A stretch of 64,000 bases of DNA from the NCBI RefSeq assembly GCF_006345805.1, contig NC_043000.1, forward strand, positions 151,714,001-151,778,000. The letters are read 5' to 3'. Below are positions 48,640 through 60,718 of this stretch, in pieces. A model generated the notes under the pieces. That model saw only the letters and a list, made by a program, of their open reading frames with translations, was not told the DNA's origin and searched no databases. Position 1 is the first letter of the stretch; each line of letters begins with the position of its first letter. The stretch is from Octopus sinensis. Its lineage: Eukaryota. The position numbers and the translations under genes are program-made.

Positions 48640-49270
48640 AGATAAGCTCAGCACCTCTATCGCACTCAGAGTGAGAGCTGACGTCTGTAGGGGACTGAGA
48701 TGTCGCTGTGGTAGGCCCCATCAACTCTACAAGTCTTCACGCTCTGTCTTGCCGCTTAAACGCTGGTCATTTCGCTCGTCACACCGAGCTAAACTTAATC
48801 ATTAAGCGAGCTCTGGGTCGAGTTAACATCTCCTCAGTTCTGGAACCGGCAGCATTATTCAGAAGTGATAGGAAGAGACAAGATGGTCTTACCCTCTGTC
48901 TCTGGGTAAGAGGTAGATGCTTCATCTGGGACGTCACAGTCTGTAATTCTTTTGCTCCTTCCCACATCCTGGATACTGTGGTAAATGGGAGGGTCACTGC
49001 TTCCGTAGCCGAACGGAACAAAACTATGAAGTATCGGGACTTGTGAGTGAACTATTTCTTCCAACCTGTGGCGTTTGAGACATTTGGAGTGACTGGGCCG
49101 CTAACGGCGAAGTTCTTGTCATCATTGACAGCTCGTCTTACCGACGTGTCAGGTGATGCTTGTGAGGGTCCTTGGCTTTTCCAAGATTTTAGCCTCGCCA
49201 TCGCCCTTGGTAATGTCTCGAGCATGCTGGCTTGCTTCAGTAAGTTCTTGATGCGTGCAACCAATTGAGG
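48640..49270 (+). pseudogene. CRE-like non-LTR retrotransposon C-terminal fragment (zinc knuckle plus restriction-like endonuclease)
   Basis: RCRCG...HALSC...ARH, RQDG...WDVTV, AERNKTMKY, FQPVAFETFG, AIALGN; interrupted by stops. Confidence 0.75.
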
Positions 49271-49668
49271 CACTCGCTGTTGCATTGTTGTTTTTCCTTA
49301 AAGGCGAGTTCAGGAACTCTTCATGTCCAAGATATGACAATCCACCTTCAACTAAAAATGTTATTGTTCGATGACCTTTTCTAGAAAAGATCTTGCATCC
49401 TCACGTTCTGCATTCTGTTTGTTGTTTCACCACCAAACTATCGACACTTCCAGTTAACTTCGAGCACAGTATTGCAACGCTCAAAATCTTCATGTGTTGT
49501 TCTATATGAGTTAGAATCATTTCCATTTATTATAGCAATCAAGAATAGATGGCTTCTGCTCCTGGTTCTCCAAGTTTGAAAATGGCAAACAAATGAAACA
49601 AAACACCCCTTTAGAGTCAGATGAATAAGAAACCTATTTTCTTTTTATTTTCTAACTATCCTGAGTGA

Positions 49669-50059
49669 TGTGGAGGCGCAATGGCCCAGTGGTTAGGGCA
49701 GCGGACTCGCGGTCATAGGATCGCGGTTTCGATTCCCAGACCGGGCGTTGTGAGTGTTTATTGAGCGAAAACACCTAAAAAACTCCATGAGGCTCCGACA
49801 GGGGATGGTGGTGATCCCTGCTGTACTCTTTCACCACAACTTTCTCTCACTCTTACTTCCTGTTTCTGTTGTACCTGTATTTCAAAGGGCCGGCCTTGTC
49901 ACTCTTTGTGTCACGCTGAATATCCCCGAGAACTACGTTATGGGTGCACGTGTCTGTGGAGTGCTCAGCCACTTACACGTTAATTTCACGAGCAGGCTGT
50001 TCCATTGATTCGGATCAACCGGAACCCTCATCGTCGTAACCGACGGAGTGCTTCCATCC
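49669..50059 (+). mobile_element. tRNA(Arg)-like SINE with 11-bp TSD ATCCTGAGTGA
   Basis: TSD at 49658-49668 and 50060-50070. Confidence 0.9.
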
Positions 50060-50225
50060 ATCCTGAGTGAACCGGGATTTTAAAAAAATGTCTTTTCTGT
50101 TGCCGATCAATTGTTCAGTTATAGGCCAATCTTCGTTTTGATAATCAAAGATAGATTTCCGTACTCAAAAATCATCCCTTGACAGGGATATTGTTTCTGG
50201 CTAAAGCGCAATATTACTGAAATAT

Positions 50226-50615
50226 GGATGGAAGCACTCTGTCGGTTACGACGACGAGGGTTCCGGTTGATCCGATCAACGGAACAGCCTGCTCGTGAAA
50301 TTAACGTGTAAGTGGCTGGGCACTCCACAGACACGTGTACCCTTAACGTAGTTCTCGGGGATATTCAGCGTGATACAGAGAGTGACAAGGCCGGCCCTTT
50401 GAAATACAGGTACAACAGAAACAGGAAGAAAGAGTGAGAGAAGGTTGTGGTGAAAGAGTACAGCAGGGATCACCACCATCCCCTGCCGGATCCTCGTGGA
50501 GCTTTAGGTGTTTTCGCTCAATAAACACTCACAACGCCCGGACTGGAAATCGAAACCGCGATCCTACGACTGCGAGTCCGCTGCCCTAACCACTGGGCCA
50601 TTGCGCCTCCACTTC
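50226..50615 (-). mobile_element. tRNA(Arg)-like SINE with 13-bp TSD ATTACTGAAATAT
   Basis: TSD at 50213-50225 and 50616-50628. Confidence 0.9.
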
Positions 50616-51097
50616 ATTACTGAAATATAACTTGCACTTGGCTGGGCTGTCACATGATGGTGTGGACAGCCCACGTAAAGCTAAAGGGACTTGATGAGTC
50701 AAAATGTGGGTACCTAAAGGTAAGGAACGAACCTATGAACATGCTTGCCACAGATAAACGTCTAGATTTATGTTCCTACATCGATGCATGTTTTGATTTT
50801 CGACTGATGAAAACTCACTTCGCAGACTCCGCAAATATCTTTGGACTAATACAAAAATGTTGCGACATGCTATTTACTCTCCCCTATACATAATGTACAT
50901 CGTCTTTTTTTCATCAAACACATCAGCATTTAAAATCATCAATTAAGTATTGAACAAGGGGTAAAAATATCTTTTTACGGAGCCCACTCCGCAAATTTGT
51001 TTTAAATTTCGGCTGGAGCGAGGCAAGAACATCACAATTTCAAGTTTTCGCTTCCTAAAACTGAAGGGAATTAGTTTTTATTCAGAAGAAATTACTC

Positions 51098-51920
51098 GGA
51101 TCTTTTCCTTTTGAACGGCAGTTTTCAACACAATTTCTAGTTAACTATAAACACTTTTAAACTTCGTATACTGGTAGAATGTGTTTATAAAACATATTTT
51201 TTTATTGGCTTTATTGAGAAAATTCTATAGTTTGTAAGATATTTCCACTTTAAAATCGAGCATTTCGGCAATTTTAACCAATCGCTTACCTCCATTTGGG
51301 GTGAAAACATTCCGTGCTGTATGAATATGTCCCTCGTTTAAGAAACAGATTGGGTTTATTTACATTTGCGAAGAAAAAAAGATACCCTTCCCCACCCCTA
51401 ACCCTAACTCTAACTAACCCTAACCCAGATTGAAATGCAATAGACCGATACTAGGGTTATAATTATGGGTGACATTTTCATACGACACCGCTAGAAAAAA
51501 ATCCCATTTTCCGTAGCGGTGTCGTATGAAATTGTCACCCATAATTATAACCCTAGTATCGATCTATTGCATTTCAATCTGTTTTAGGGTTAGGGTTAGT
51601 TAGAGTTAGAGTTAGGGTTAGGGGTGGGGGAAGAGTATCTTTTTTTCTTCGCAAATGTAAATAAACCCAATCTGTTTCTTAAACGAGGGACATATTCATA
51701 CAGCACGGAATGTTTTCACCCCAAATGGAGGTAAGCGATTGGTTAAAATTGCCGAAATGCTCGATTTTAAAGTGGAAATATCTTACAAACAATAGAATTT
51801 TCTCAATAAAGCCAAGAAAAAATGATGTTTTATAAACACATTCTACCAGTAGACAAAGTTTAAAAGTGTTTAGTTAACTAGAAATTGTGTTGACATATGC
51901 CGTTCAAAAGGAAAAGATCC
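51098..51920. mobile_element. Palindromic dimer of the GGATC-MITE with a single 8-bp TSD (AATTACTC)
   Basis: Arms ~51098-51493 and ~51514-51920 are reverse complements; TSD at 51090-51097 and 51921-51928. Confidence 0.9.
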
Positions 51921-52057
51921 AATTACTCAGTAATGTTATTCTGCTGCAGTATATGAGTCAAAGCTTTAGTATATTACACATACGATATTTATATCGCTAT
52001 CAGAAACGCCCATAGCCGTTACTTTTCCTCTAGTCCCCATTAGGAAAGACGTGCATG

Positions 52058-52311
52058 CGTGCGCGTACATATGTACATAAGGCGGCGAACTGGCAGCAAC
52101 GTTAGCACGCCGGGAAAAATGCGTAGCCGTATTTCGTCTGTCGTTACGTTCTGAGTTTAAATTCCGCCGAGGTTGACTTTGCCTTTCATCCTTTCGGGGG
52201 TCGATAAATTAAGTACCAGTTACGCACTGGGGTCGATATAATCGACTTAATCCCTTTGCCTGTTCTTGTTTGTCCCTTCTGTGTTTATCCCCTTATGGGT
52301 AGTAAAGAAAT
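52058..52311 (+). mobile_element. SINE family 3, full length
   Basis: ggcggcgaactggcagcaacgttagc head, conserved central domain, ccccttatgggtagtaaagaaat tail. Confidence 0.85.
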
Positions 52312-53171
52312 ATATGTTTGCGCGTGGGTGTATAATGTATTTCCATATTATATAAGTGTGTGTACGTGTACATATATAAACACACGTGCTCACGTACATG
52401 GATAGCTAGATAGAGAGGTAAATAGGCAGACAGATAGGGTGGTAGGTAGGTAGGTAGGCAGGCAGGCAGGTAGGCAGATAGACAGATAGATCAATAGCTA
52501 GATAGTATCATAAAATCTTTGACACAACTTAAGTTTTATGTTAGAGAAAGATGCCTGGTTAAGCTCTGTCCGAATTGTCCGTCTCCTTTTCTAATCTTCA
52601 GGCTGTATTCAGTTATACTTTATTCAAGGTGGCTGTAACATGTGGTTTTGTATGAAAAAAAAAGTGTTACTAAGTAAATCTAGTTTTGTTCAAAAGGGAG
52701 ATCATCTAAGCATATTTAAATTTAAGTTGCGTCCCTTTGATTGTCAACGATTATTAAGTTTAAAGAATTACCGATTAGGAAAATGTTAAATGTATGTAGG
52801 TTGTATCGTGTGCTTTAATTTATTGTTGGTGAGTGTGTTGTTGGCGATTGGGATGTCAAAGTAGATTAATAAGGACTCTAGTGGTACTGGTTTATTTAGG
52901 TAAAGGGGTTAAAATATGCAGTGTATTGGTTCAGCGTGTATTCTAGAATGTAAATTGTAGGATCTTTAAATTTTATTTTAGAGGCAAAGAAAGTATAGTT
53001 TGCTCAGTCGGCATGGAGATTGTGAATTGTGGTATTGGTGGTATTTTCAAAGGGCTACAATAAACTAATCTTTACGGAAATATCTATTAAATATGTGTCC
53101 TGAAATTTAGATAGCCATTGTAGATCTTCGATTTCTTTCTGCTATACAAAGTTTGCATCTCTTCGATCCGT

Positions 53172-54365
53172 TCGCGGCGAGCTGGCAGAATCGTTAGCAC
53201 GCCGGGCGAAATGCTTAGCGGTATTTCTTCCGGCGGGCTGGCAGAAACGTTAGCACGCCGGGCGAAATGCTTAGCGGTATTTCTTCCGGCGGGCTGGCAG
53301 AAACGTTAGCACGCCGGGCGAAATGCTTAGCGGTATTTCGTCTGCTGTTACGTTCTGAGTTCAAATTCCGCCGGGGTCGACTTTGCCTTTCATCCTTTCG
53401 GGGTCGATAAATTAAGTACCAGTTACGCACTGGGGTCGATATAATCGACTTAATACCTATGTCTGTCCTTGTTTGTCCCCTCTCCGGGCGAAATGCTTAG
53501 CGGTATTTCGTCTGCTGTTACGTTCTGAGTTCAAATTCCGCCGGGGTCGACTTTGCCTTTCATCCTTTCGGGGTCGATAAATTAAGTACCAGTTACGCAC
53601 TGGGGTCGATATAATCGACTTAATACCTATGTCTGTCCTTGTTTGTCCCCTCTCCGGGCGAAATGCTTAGCGGTATTTCGTCTGCTGTTACGTTCTGAGT
53701 TCAAATTCCGCCGGGGTCGACTTTGCCTTTCATCCTTTCGGGGTCGATAAATTAAGTACCAGTTACGCACTGGAGTCGATATAATCGACTTAATACCTAT
53801 GTCTGTCCTTGTTTGTCCCCTCTCCGGCGAAATGCTTGGCGGTATTTCGTCTGCTGTTACGTTCTGAGTTCAAATTCCGCCGGGGTCGACTTTGCCTTTC
53901 ATCCTTTCGGGGTCGATAAATTAAGTACCAGTTACGCACTGGAGTCGATATAATCGACTTAATACCTATGTCTGTCCTTGTTTGTCCCCTCTCCGGGCGA
54001 AATGCTTAGCGGTATTTCGTCTGCTGTTACGTTCTGAGTTCAAATTCCGCCGGGGTCGACTTTGCCTTTCATCCTTTCGGGGTCGATAAATTAAGTACCA
54101 GTTACGCACTGGAGTCGATATAATCGACTTAATACCTATGTCTGTCCTTGTTTGTCCCCTCTCCGGGCGAAATGCTTAGCGGTATTTCGTCTGCTGTTAC
54201 GTTCTGAGTTCAAATTCCGCCGGGGTCGACTTTGCCTTTCATCCTTTCGGGGTCGATAAATTAAGTACCAGTTACGCACTGGAGTCGATATAATCGACTT
54301 AATACCTGTGTCTGTCCTTGTTTGTCCCCTCTGTGTTTAGCCCCTTGTGGGTAATAAAGAAATAG
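53172..54365 (+). repeat. SINE family 3-derived tandem array: 3 x 56 bp then 6 x ~170 bp
   Basis: 56-bp units start at 53181, 53237 and 53293; 170-bp units start at 53314, 53484, 53654, 53824, 53993 and 54163. Confidence 0.92.
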
Positions 54366-54691
54366 GTTTGATTTTTTTTATAAACCCTCAGTTTGATGCT
54401 GTGACTCAGGTTTATAAAAATCATTATTTTGAATGCACCTTTTCACACACCAATGAACCATTTTTTTTTATCGTTTGGTTTGGTTTGGCTTGGTGTGTTT
54501 GAGATGACTTTAGTTTCGCATATTACTGACTTGTAGATGCATGCTCTATCTAATTGGCAAGACTCTAGATTTTTGTACGTGCAATCATTTCTAAGAGACC
54601 CATTAGGCAAATCATTTCAAAATTCTTAATTCATAACTATCAAATGTATCAAGCGATTGAATTTGTTCAACCCATCAATAAACCAATAGAC

Positions 54692-55000
54692 TATACATAC
54701 ATATATACATCCATCCATCCATCCATCCATCCATCCATCCATACATACATACATACATACATCCATCCATCCATCCATCCATCCATACATCCATACATAC
54801 ATACATACATACATACATACATCCATCCATCCATCCATCCATCCATACATACATACATATATACATCCATCCATCCATCCATCCATCCATCCATCCATAC
54901 ATACATACATACATACATCCATCCATCCATCCATCCATCCATCCATCCATCCATCCATACATACATACATACATACATACACATACATACATACATGCAT
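54692..55000. repeat. Compound (CATC)n/(CATA)n microsatellite
   Basis: Direct reading; it explains the spurious DGWM/HPSI ORFs. Confidence 0.95.
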
Positions 55001-55189
55001 GCATACATATATAAACATTATATATATGTATGTATGTATATATATATATATACATACATATATAAAATAAATTTACTCTTTAGTATTTCAAGATATTTTT
55101 TATGTAATTTTGATAACTATATCCGTTAAAATGTGATGTCAGCGTTATTTTTGCGTAGTTTAGACAATTTATTCACCACACCCTTTATA

Positions 55190-55290
<101 letters not shown>

Positions 55291-55309
55291 ATATATTTTA
55301 TTCTTTTCT

Positions 55310-55514
55310 TTCTTTTATTTGTTTCAGTCAATTGACTGCGGCCATGCTGGACCACCGCCTTTAGTCGAGCAAATTGACCCCGGGACTTATTCTTTTTGTA
55401 AGCCCAGTACTTATTCTATCGGTCTCTTTTGCCGAACCGCTAAGTGACGGGGACGTAAACACACCAGCATCGGTTGTCAAGCAATGCTAGGGGGACAAAC
55501 ACAGACACACAAAC

Positions 55515-55545
<31 letters not shown>

Positions 55546-55705
55546 CATATATACGACAGGCTTCTTTCAGTTTCCGTCTACCAAATCCACTCACAAGGCT
55601 TTGGTCGGCCCGAGGCTATAGCAGAAGACACTTGCCCAAGATGCCATGCAGTGGGACTGAACCCGGAACCATATGGTTGGTTAGCAAGCTACTTACCACA
55701 CAGCC
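55310..55705 (-). mobile_element. SINE family 1; a diverged copy lies at ~56510-56912 (-)
   Basis: Reverse-complement consensus match. Confidence 0.85.
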
Positions 55706-55785
55706 CCACACGCATATACTTACATATTCATGTACATATATCTTTACATCCAACTTAAAATGGATGTCTTGTTAGAATGCAAAAA

Positions 55786-56096
55786 AATGCATTAAAAATG
55801 GAAAAAATATGATGGTAAATTTTTTTTTAAATCGTTGACTCATCGTAGACATTTTTAGAGAGTTACTTCCCTGATATAATAGCGAAAAAAAAATGCATTA
55901 AAATGGAAAAAATGATGGTAAATTATTTTTAAAATCGTAGACTCATCGTAGACGCGCGCTAATACCCAGAAGGGCTCGATATGAATGACGACTATAAGAT
56001 ACCCGGTTTTGGTTAAACTGCACCACAAAATGTGGGAGTAGTTAGGAATCTAAATCGGAGTAGACAGACACACAACTTCTCTTTTATATATAAAGA
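55786..56096 (-). mobile_element. Helitron family A, 3'-truncated
   Basis: 5' TCTTTATATATAAAAG end at 56096; body matches 25137-25510. Confidence 0.7.
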
Positions 56097-57093
56097 TTAC
56101 ATTTTCCTATATATTCTTTTCTAATTTCAGACGTTAAAGTATAATTCGAGAGAAATTTGGTTGCTATTTCTAGTTGTTCCGGCGTTCGTGTAGTAAAGGC
56201 TATCCCTTGTTGGCTCGAAGTAAATTTTGGTATTGTTGTGTAGTACCTAGACACCTGATAAAAAGCGTTCCAATTGTGACGTTCTCGTCTTTTGTATTTC
56301 AGGAACTAGAATGATCAATATAATCTTAATGTAAAGGTGTCTTTTGTGAGTATTTTGGCTGCTATTTTCGGCCGGTTCAGCAACAACTGAACTGTTGTGT
56401 ACATATGTCAAACCGTGGTATGTGTGGAGGTAAAAGGGTTTCGCGTTACGAAGTGTTTGTTATAACTACAATATATCTATTCTGTTATTTGTGTAAATAT
56501 CTTATCTTTTCTTTTATCTCTTGTTTGAGTCATTAGACTGCGGCCATGCTGGGGTACCACCTCAAATAATTCTTTTGTCGAATGAATCGACCCCAGTACT
56601 TATTTTTTAAGAGCTTGATTTTTATTTTATCGGTCTCTTTTGCTGAACCGCTACTTTACGGGGATGTAAACACACCAGCACCGGTTGTCAAGTGGTGGGG
56701 GCGAGCGGCGCGCGCGCGTGCGCACACACACACACACACACACACATATACGACAGGCTTCTTTCAGTTTTCGTCTCCCAAATCCACTCACATGGCATTG
56801 GTCGACCCGAGGATAAAGCAGAAGATACTTACCCAAGGCGCCACGCAGTGGGATTGAACCCGGAACAATATGGTTGGAAGTAACTCTCTACCATGCAGCC
56901 GCTCCTGCGCTTAAGAAATATATATATTTGAGACAAAAAAGAACTAAAACATTTAAAAGAAAAGTACAAAATAATATAAAACGTAACAAATTTATTATAC
57001 AGGTTAGCCAAAATCCATACATTTAATTTTATACTTATATTACATTAGCATGCCAGGCAAAATGCGTAGTGGCATTTCGTTCGAAAAGTATAA

Positions 57094-57599
57094 TCTATAT
57101 ATATAAAACTCTAGTTGTGTGAGTGTCTGTCCCCTTCGATTTAGATTCCTAACTCCTCCCACATTTTGCGGTGCAGTTTAACCAAATTCGGGTATCTTAT
57201 AGTCGTGATTCATATCGAGCCCGTCTGACTATTAGCGCGCGTCAACGATGAGTCTACGATTTTAAAAATAATTTAACATCATTTTTTATTCCATTTTAAT
57301 GCATAAAATGCATCGTGTGTCGATGGCGGTGGAGTTGGCGTCCACGCTCACAGCTGCACCTGTTTGCTTCTCCCCCTTCCCTCCCTCGTGAAGCTGTGGG
57401 GAAGGGAGTGTAAAGAAATCAACGTCGTAATGCATTGTGAAGGAGACCAGCGTTCTTTTAGAACAACGACTTCATGGCTTGAAGACACCAAAACAAAAAT
57501 GGCTAAGAAAGCCCGAATTTATAAGGGAAGTAACTCTCTAAAAATGCTTATATAGTTATTTCCCTTACAAACCCGAGCAACGCCGGGCGATACTGCTAG
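57094..57599 (+). mobile_element. Helitron family A variant with an internal ~220-bp extra segment
   Basis: A|TCTATATATATAAAA...gcaacgccgggcgatactgCTAG. Confidence 0.8.
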
Positions 57600-57996
57600 T
57601 CTTTATATATAAAAGTGAGGTTGTGTGCTGTCTGTCTCCTACGATTTAGATTCCTAACTACTCCCACATTTTGCGGTGCAGTTTAACCAAAACCGGGTAT
57701 CTTATAGTCGTGATTCATATCGAGCCCTTCTGGGTATTAGCGCGCGTCTACGATGAGTCTACGATAAAAAAAAAAAATTACCATCAATTTTTCCCATTTT
57801 TGATGCATTTTTGGCATATATAAGGGAAGTAACTCTCTAAGAATTTATTATTAAATCTCAGAACGTAAAAAGCTACAGTAACACCCTCCCCTTTGTGGTT
57901 AGCCATATTGAGATGGCTATTATACTTTACATCTCTAAAAATGCTTATATAGTTATTTCCCTTACAAACCCGAGCAACGCCGGGCGATACTGCTAG
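57600..57996 (+). mobile_element. Helitron family A variant with a ~120-bp extra segment, fused head-to-tail to the previous copy
   Basis: Junction CTAG|TCTTTATATAT; 3' end CTAG|T at 57996. Confidence 0.8.
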
Positions 57997-58579
57997 TATA
58001 GAATAAAAACAGAACAAATTTATTATACTGAGTGAGTCAAAAGTCACGCGCCAAAACCTTTAATATTATACTTATATTACGTTAGCACGCCAGGCAAAAT
58101 GCTTAGCAGCGTTTCGTCCGTCTTTACGTTCTGAGTTCAAATTCCGCCGAGGTCGACTTTGCCTTTCATCCTTTGGGGGGTAGATAAATTAAATCAAATA
58201 CTAGTGAAGCACCGAGGTCGATGAAATCAACTGCTCCCCCTCTCACAAAATTTCATGCCTTGTACCTTTAGTAGAAGGAATTATTATGATTATTATGGAG
58301 ACACGTAACACGAAAAGATATTATTTTTTTCGTGTTACGTGTCCCCACATGTTTTTGCGTTGTCCCCTCTGTGTTGGCCCCCTGTGGGCAATAAAGAAAT
58401 CATAGTCTATTCCGTCCGGTACTTCATTTGTGTCGAATACCATTTTTCTGTTTTCTGCGCTTTCTTTACAGTCTCTTATTATCTTCATTCTGTGTTCTGG
58501 CACCAATGCCCCCAAAACCATTTTTTCTTTTTTCATTCCCTTCATGTCTATCACTTTTACATCTTTCCATTGTACTAAA

Positions 58580-58975
58580 CTAGCAGTATCGCCCGGCGTT
58601 GCTCGGGTTTGTAAGGGAAATAACTATATAAGCATTTTTAGAGATGTCAAGTATAATAGCCATCTCAATATGGCTAACCACAAAGGGTGGGGGTGTTACT
58701 GCAGCTATTTACGTTCTGAGATTTAATAATACATTTTTAGAGAGTTACTTCCCTTATATAATAGCAAAAAAATGCATCAAAAATGGGAAAAAATGATGGT
58801 AAATTTTGTTTTAAATCGTAGACTCATCGTAGACGCGCACTAATACCCAGAAGGGCTCGATATGAATCACGACTATAAGATACCCGCTTTTGGTTACACT
58901 GTACCGCCAAATGTGGGAGTAGTTAGGAATCTAAATCGTAGGAGACAGACACAACCTCACTTTTATATATAAAGA
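58580..58975 (-). mobile_element. Helitron family A variant with the same ~120-bp segment, inverted
   Basis: Reverse complement of 57600-57996. Confidence 0.8.
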
Positions 58976-59705
58976 TTATCCACCACATCCTTTTTTTTTT
59001 TTACACCTTTCAATAAAGCGCCAACAAAACAATTGGGAAGGTCGTTTTGCGGTTTTTGTATGACTGCTGTGTCCGTGTGTTTGTGTGTTCGTTTGACTGT
59101 AATTCTGCGTGTTTCGTCTGAGTGTCTATGTTTTTAGGTTCTCGCAATTCTGAGTTATCTCGTTTCTTTTCGTCTATACTTCTCTGCATTTGCATGTCTG
59201 TACGTTTGTGTGTATGTGGGCCTGAATGTTTATGTACTTGCAAGTCCTTTACTGGTGATCCTGCTGGTAAATCTTCCCCGTTTCTCGTCGTAGGTTGGGT
59301 TACCTCTTCCATTGCTTTGTAGTTCTTCAATTCCACTATCGTTGGTGACTTCTCCTCTCTCTTTTTCGTGCTTTCACCACCGCAAAATTCCCGTCTTGTT
59401 CTGTTATCTGTTTCTGCTGTTTCTCTACCATTATATTCTCCTGAATACTCTCCTCTACAATTTCCACTGCTACTCTAGGGCATTTCTTTCTCAAGTGCCC
59501 TCTTTCACCACATTCGTAACATTTTGGGGGTCTCCCCTCCAACATTATCTCCAGCTTTTCTTCATTTGGTAGCTCTAAAGTTTCAGGTATTTCATTGTAA
59601 TATTTCGGGCTCACTGCACAAAATATCTCTAATTCGTAGCCCCATTACTTCTCTTGTTGGGTTCGGCTTATCATGCCCATAATCATGTCTTCGCTTCCTT
59701 CCTTA

Positions 59706-60000
59706 TCTTTATATATAAAAGTCAAGTTGTGTGTCTGTCTCCTACGATTTAGATTCCTAACTACTCCTACATTTTGCGGTGCAGTTTAACCAAAACCGGG
59801 TATCTTATAGTCGTGATTCATATCGAGCCCTTCTGGGTATTAGCGCGCGTCTACGATGAGTCAACGATTTTAAAAACAATTTACCATCATTTTTTTCCCC
59901 TTTTTAATGCATTTTTTTGCTATTTGTTGGCTATAACTCTCTAAAATGCTTTATAGTTATTTCCCTTACAAATCCGAGCAATGCCGGGCGATACTGCTAG
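59706..60000 (+). mobile_element. Helitron family A
   Basis: A|TCTTTATATATAAAA...CTAG|T. Confidence 0.8.
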
Positions 60001-60277
60001 TCTCCAAATAAAAAATTGCGGCGATTATCCACTCTGGATCTATCCCACCCTAATCCTGACAATTCTTTTGTCCAAACAGTTTGGCATCAAAGTCCATTTT
60101 TCTCCCTGTATCAGCCTGTTGGAGGGTTTTCCCTCCTCTTCTCCTGATATAAAGGTCACCACTATAGACGCATATCTCATTCCTCTCGTAAAGAACCCTA
60201 TGCTGTCTCTTATGTTTCTTCTATTTCTTCCTTGCGGCGCGTGTTCAATTCTATTTTTATTCATAAATGTTCTACAT

Positions 60278-60445
60278 AGGCGCAGGAGTGGCTGTGTGGT
60301 AAGTAGCTTGCTAACCAACTACATGGTTCCGGGTTCAGTCCCACTGCGTGGCATCTTGGGCAAGTGTCTTCTGCTATAGCCCCGGGCCGACCAATGCCTT
60401 GTGAGTGGATTTGGTAGACGGAAACTGAAAGAAGCCCGTCGTATT

Positions 60446-60502
<57 letters not shown>

Positions 60503-60718
60503 TTGTGTGTCTGTGTTTGTCCCCCTAGCATTGCTTGACAACCGATGCTGGTGTGTTTACGTCCCCGTCACTTAGCGGTTCGGCAAAAGAGACGACCGAT
60601 AGAATAAGTACTGGGCTTACAAAAAGAATAAGTCCCGGGGTCGATTTGCTCTATTAAAGGCGGTGCTCCAGCATGGCCGCAGTCAAATGACTGAAACAAG
60701 TAAAAGAGTAAAAGAGTA
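60278..60718 (+). mobile_element. SINE family 1
   Basis: Consensus match. Confidence 0.85.

Noticed and set aside
50654-50682. GGGCTGTC...GACAGCCC hairpin as a SECIS or structured ncRNA
   Set aside because: It lacks SECIS geometry, is not in a 3' UTR, and an 8-bp stem can arise by chance.
52550-53160. Possible Penelope-like 3' remnant on the minus strand
   Set aside because: Too degraded to recover a diagnostic motif by eye.
53314-54333. CRISPR-like array
   Set aside because: The units are contiguous near-identical SINE sequence with no unique spacers, in a eukaryotic context with no cas genes.
54626-55129. DGWM/HPSI repeat ORFs
   Set aside because: Translation of the CATC/CATA microsatellite.
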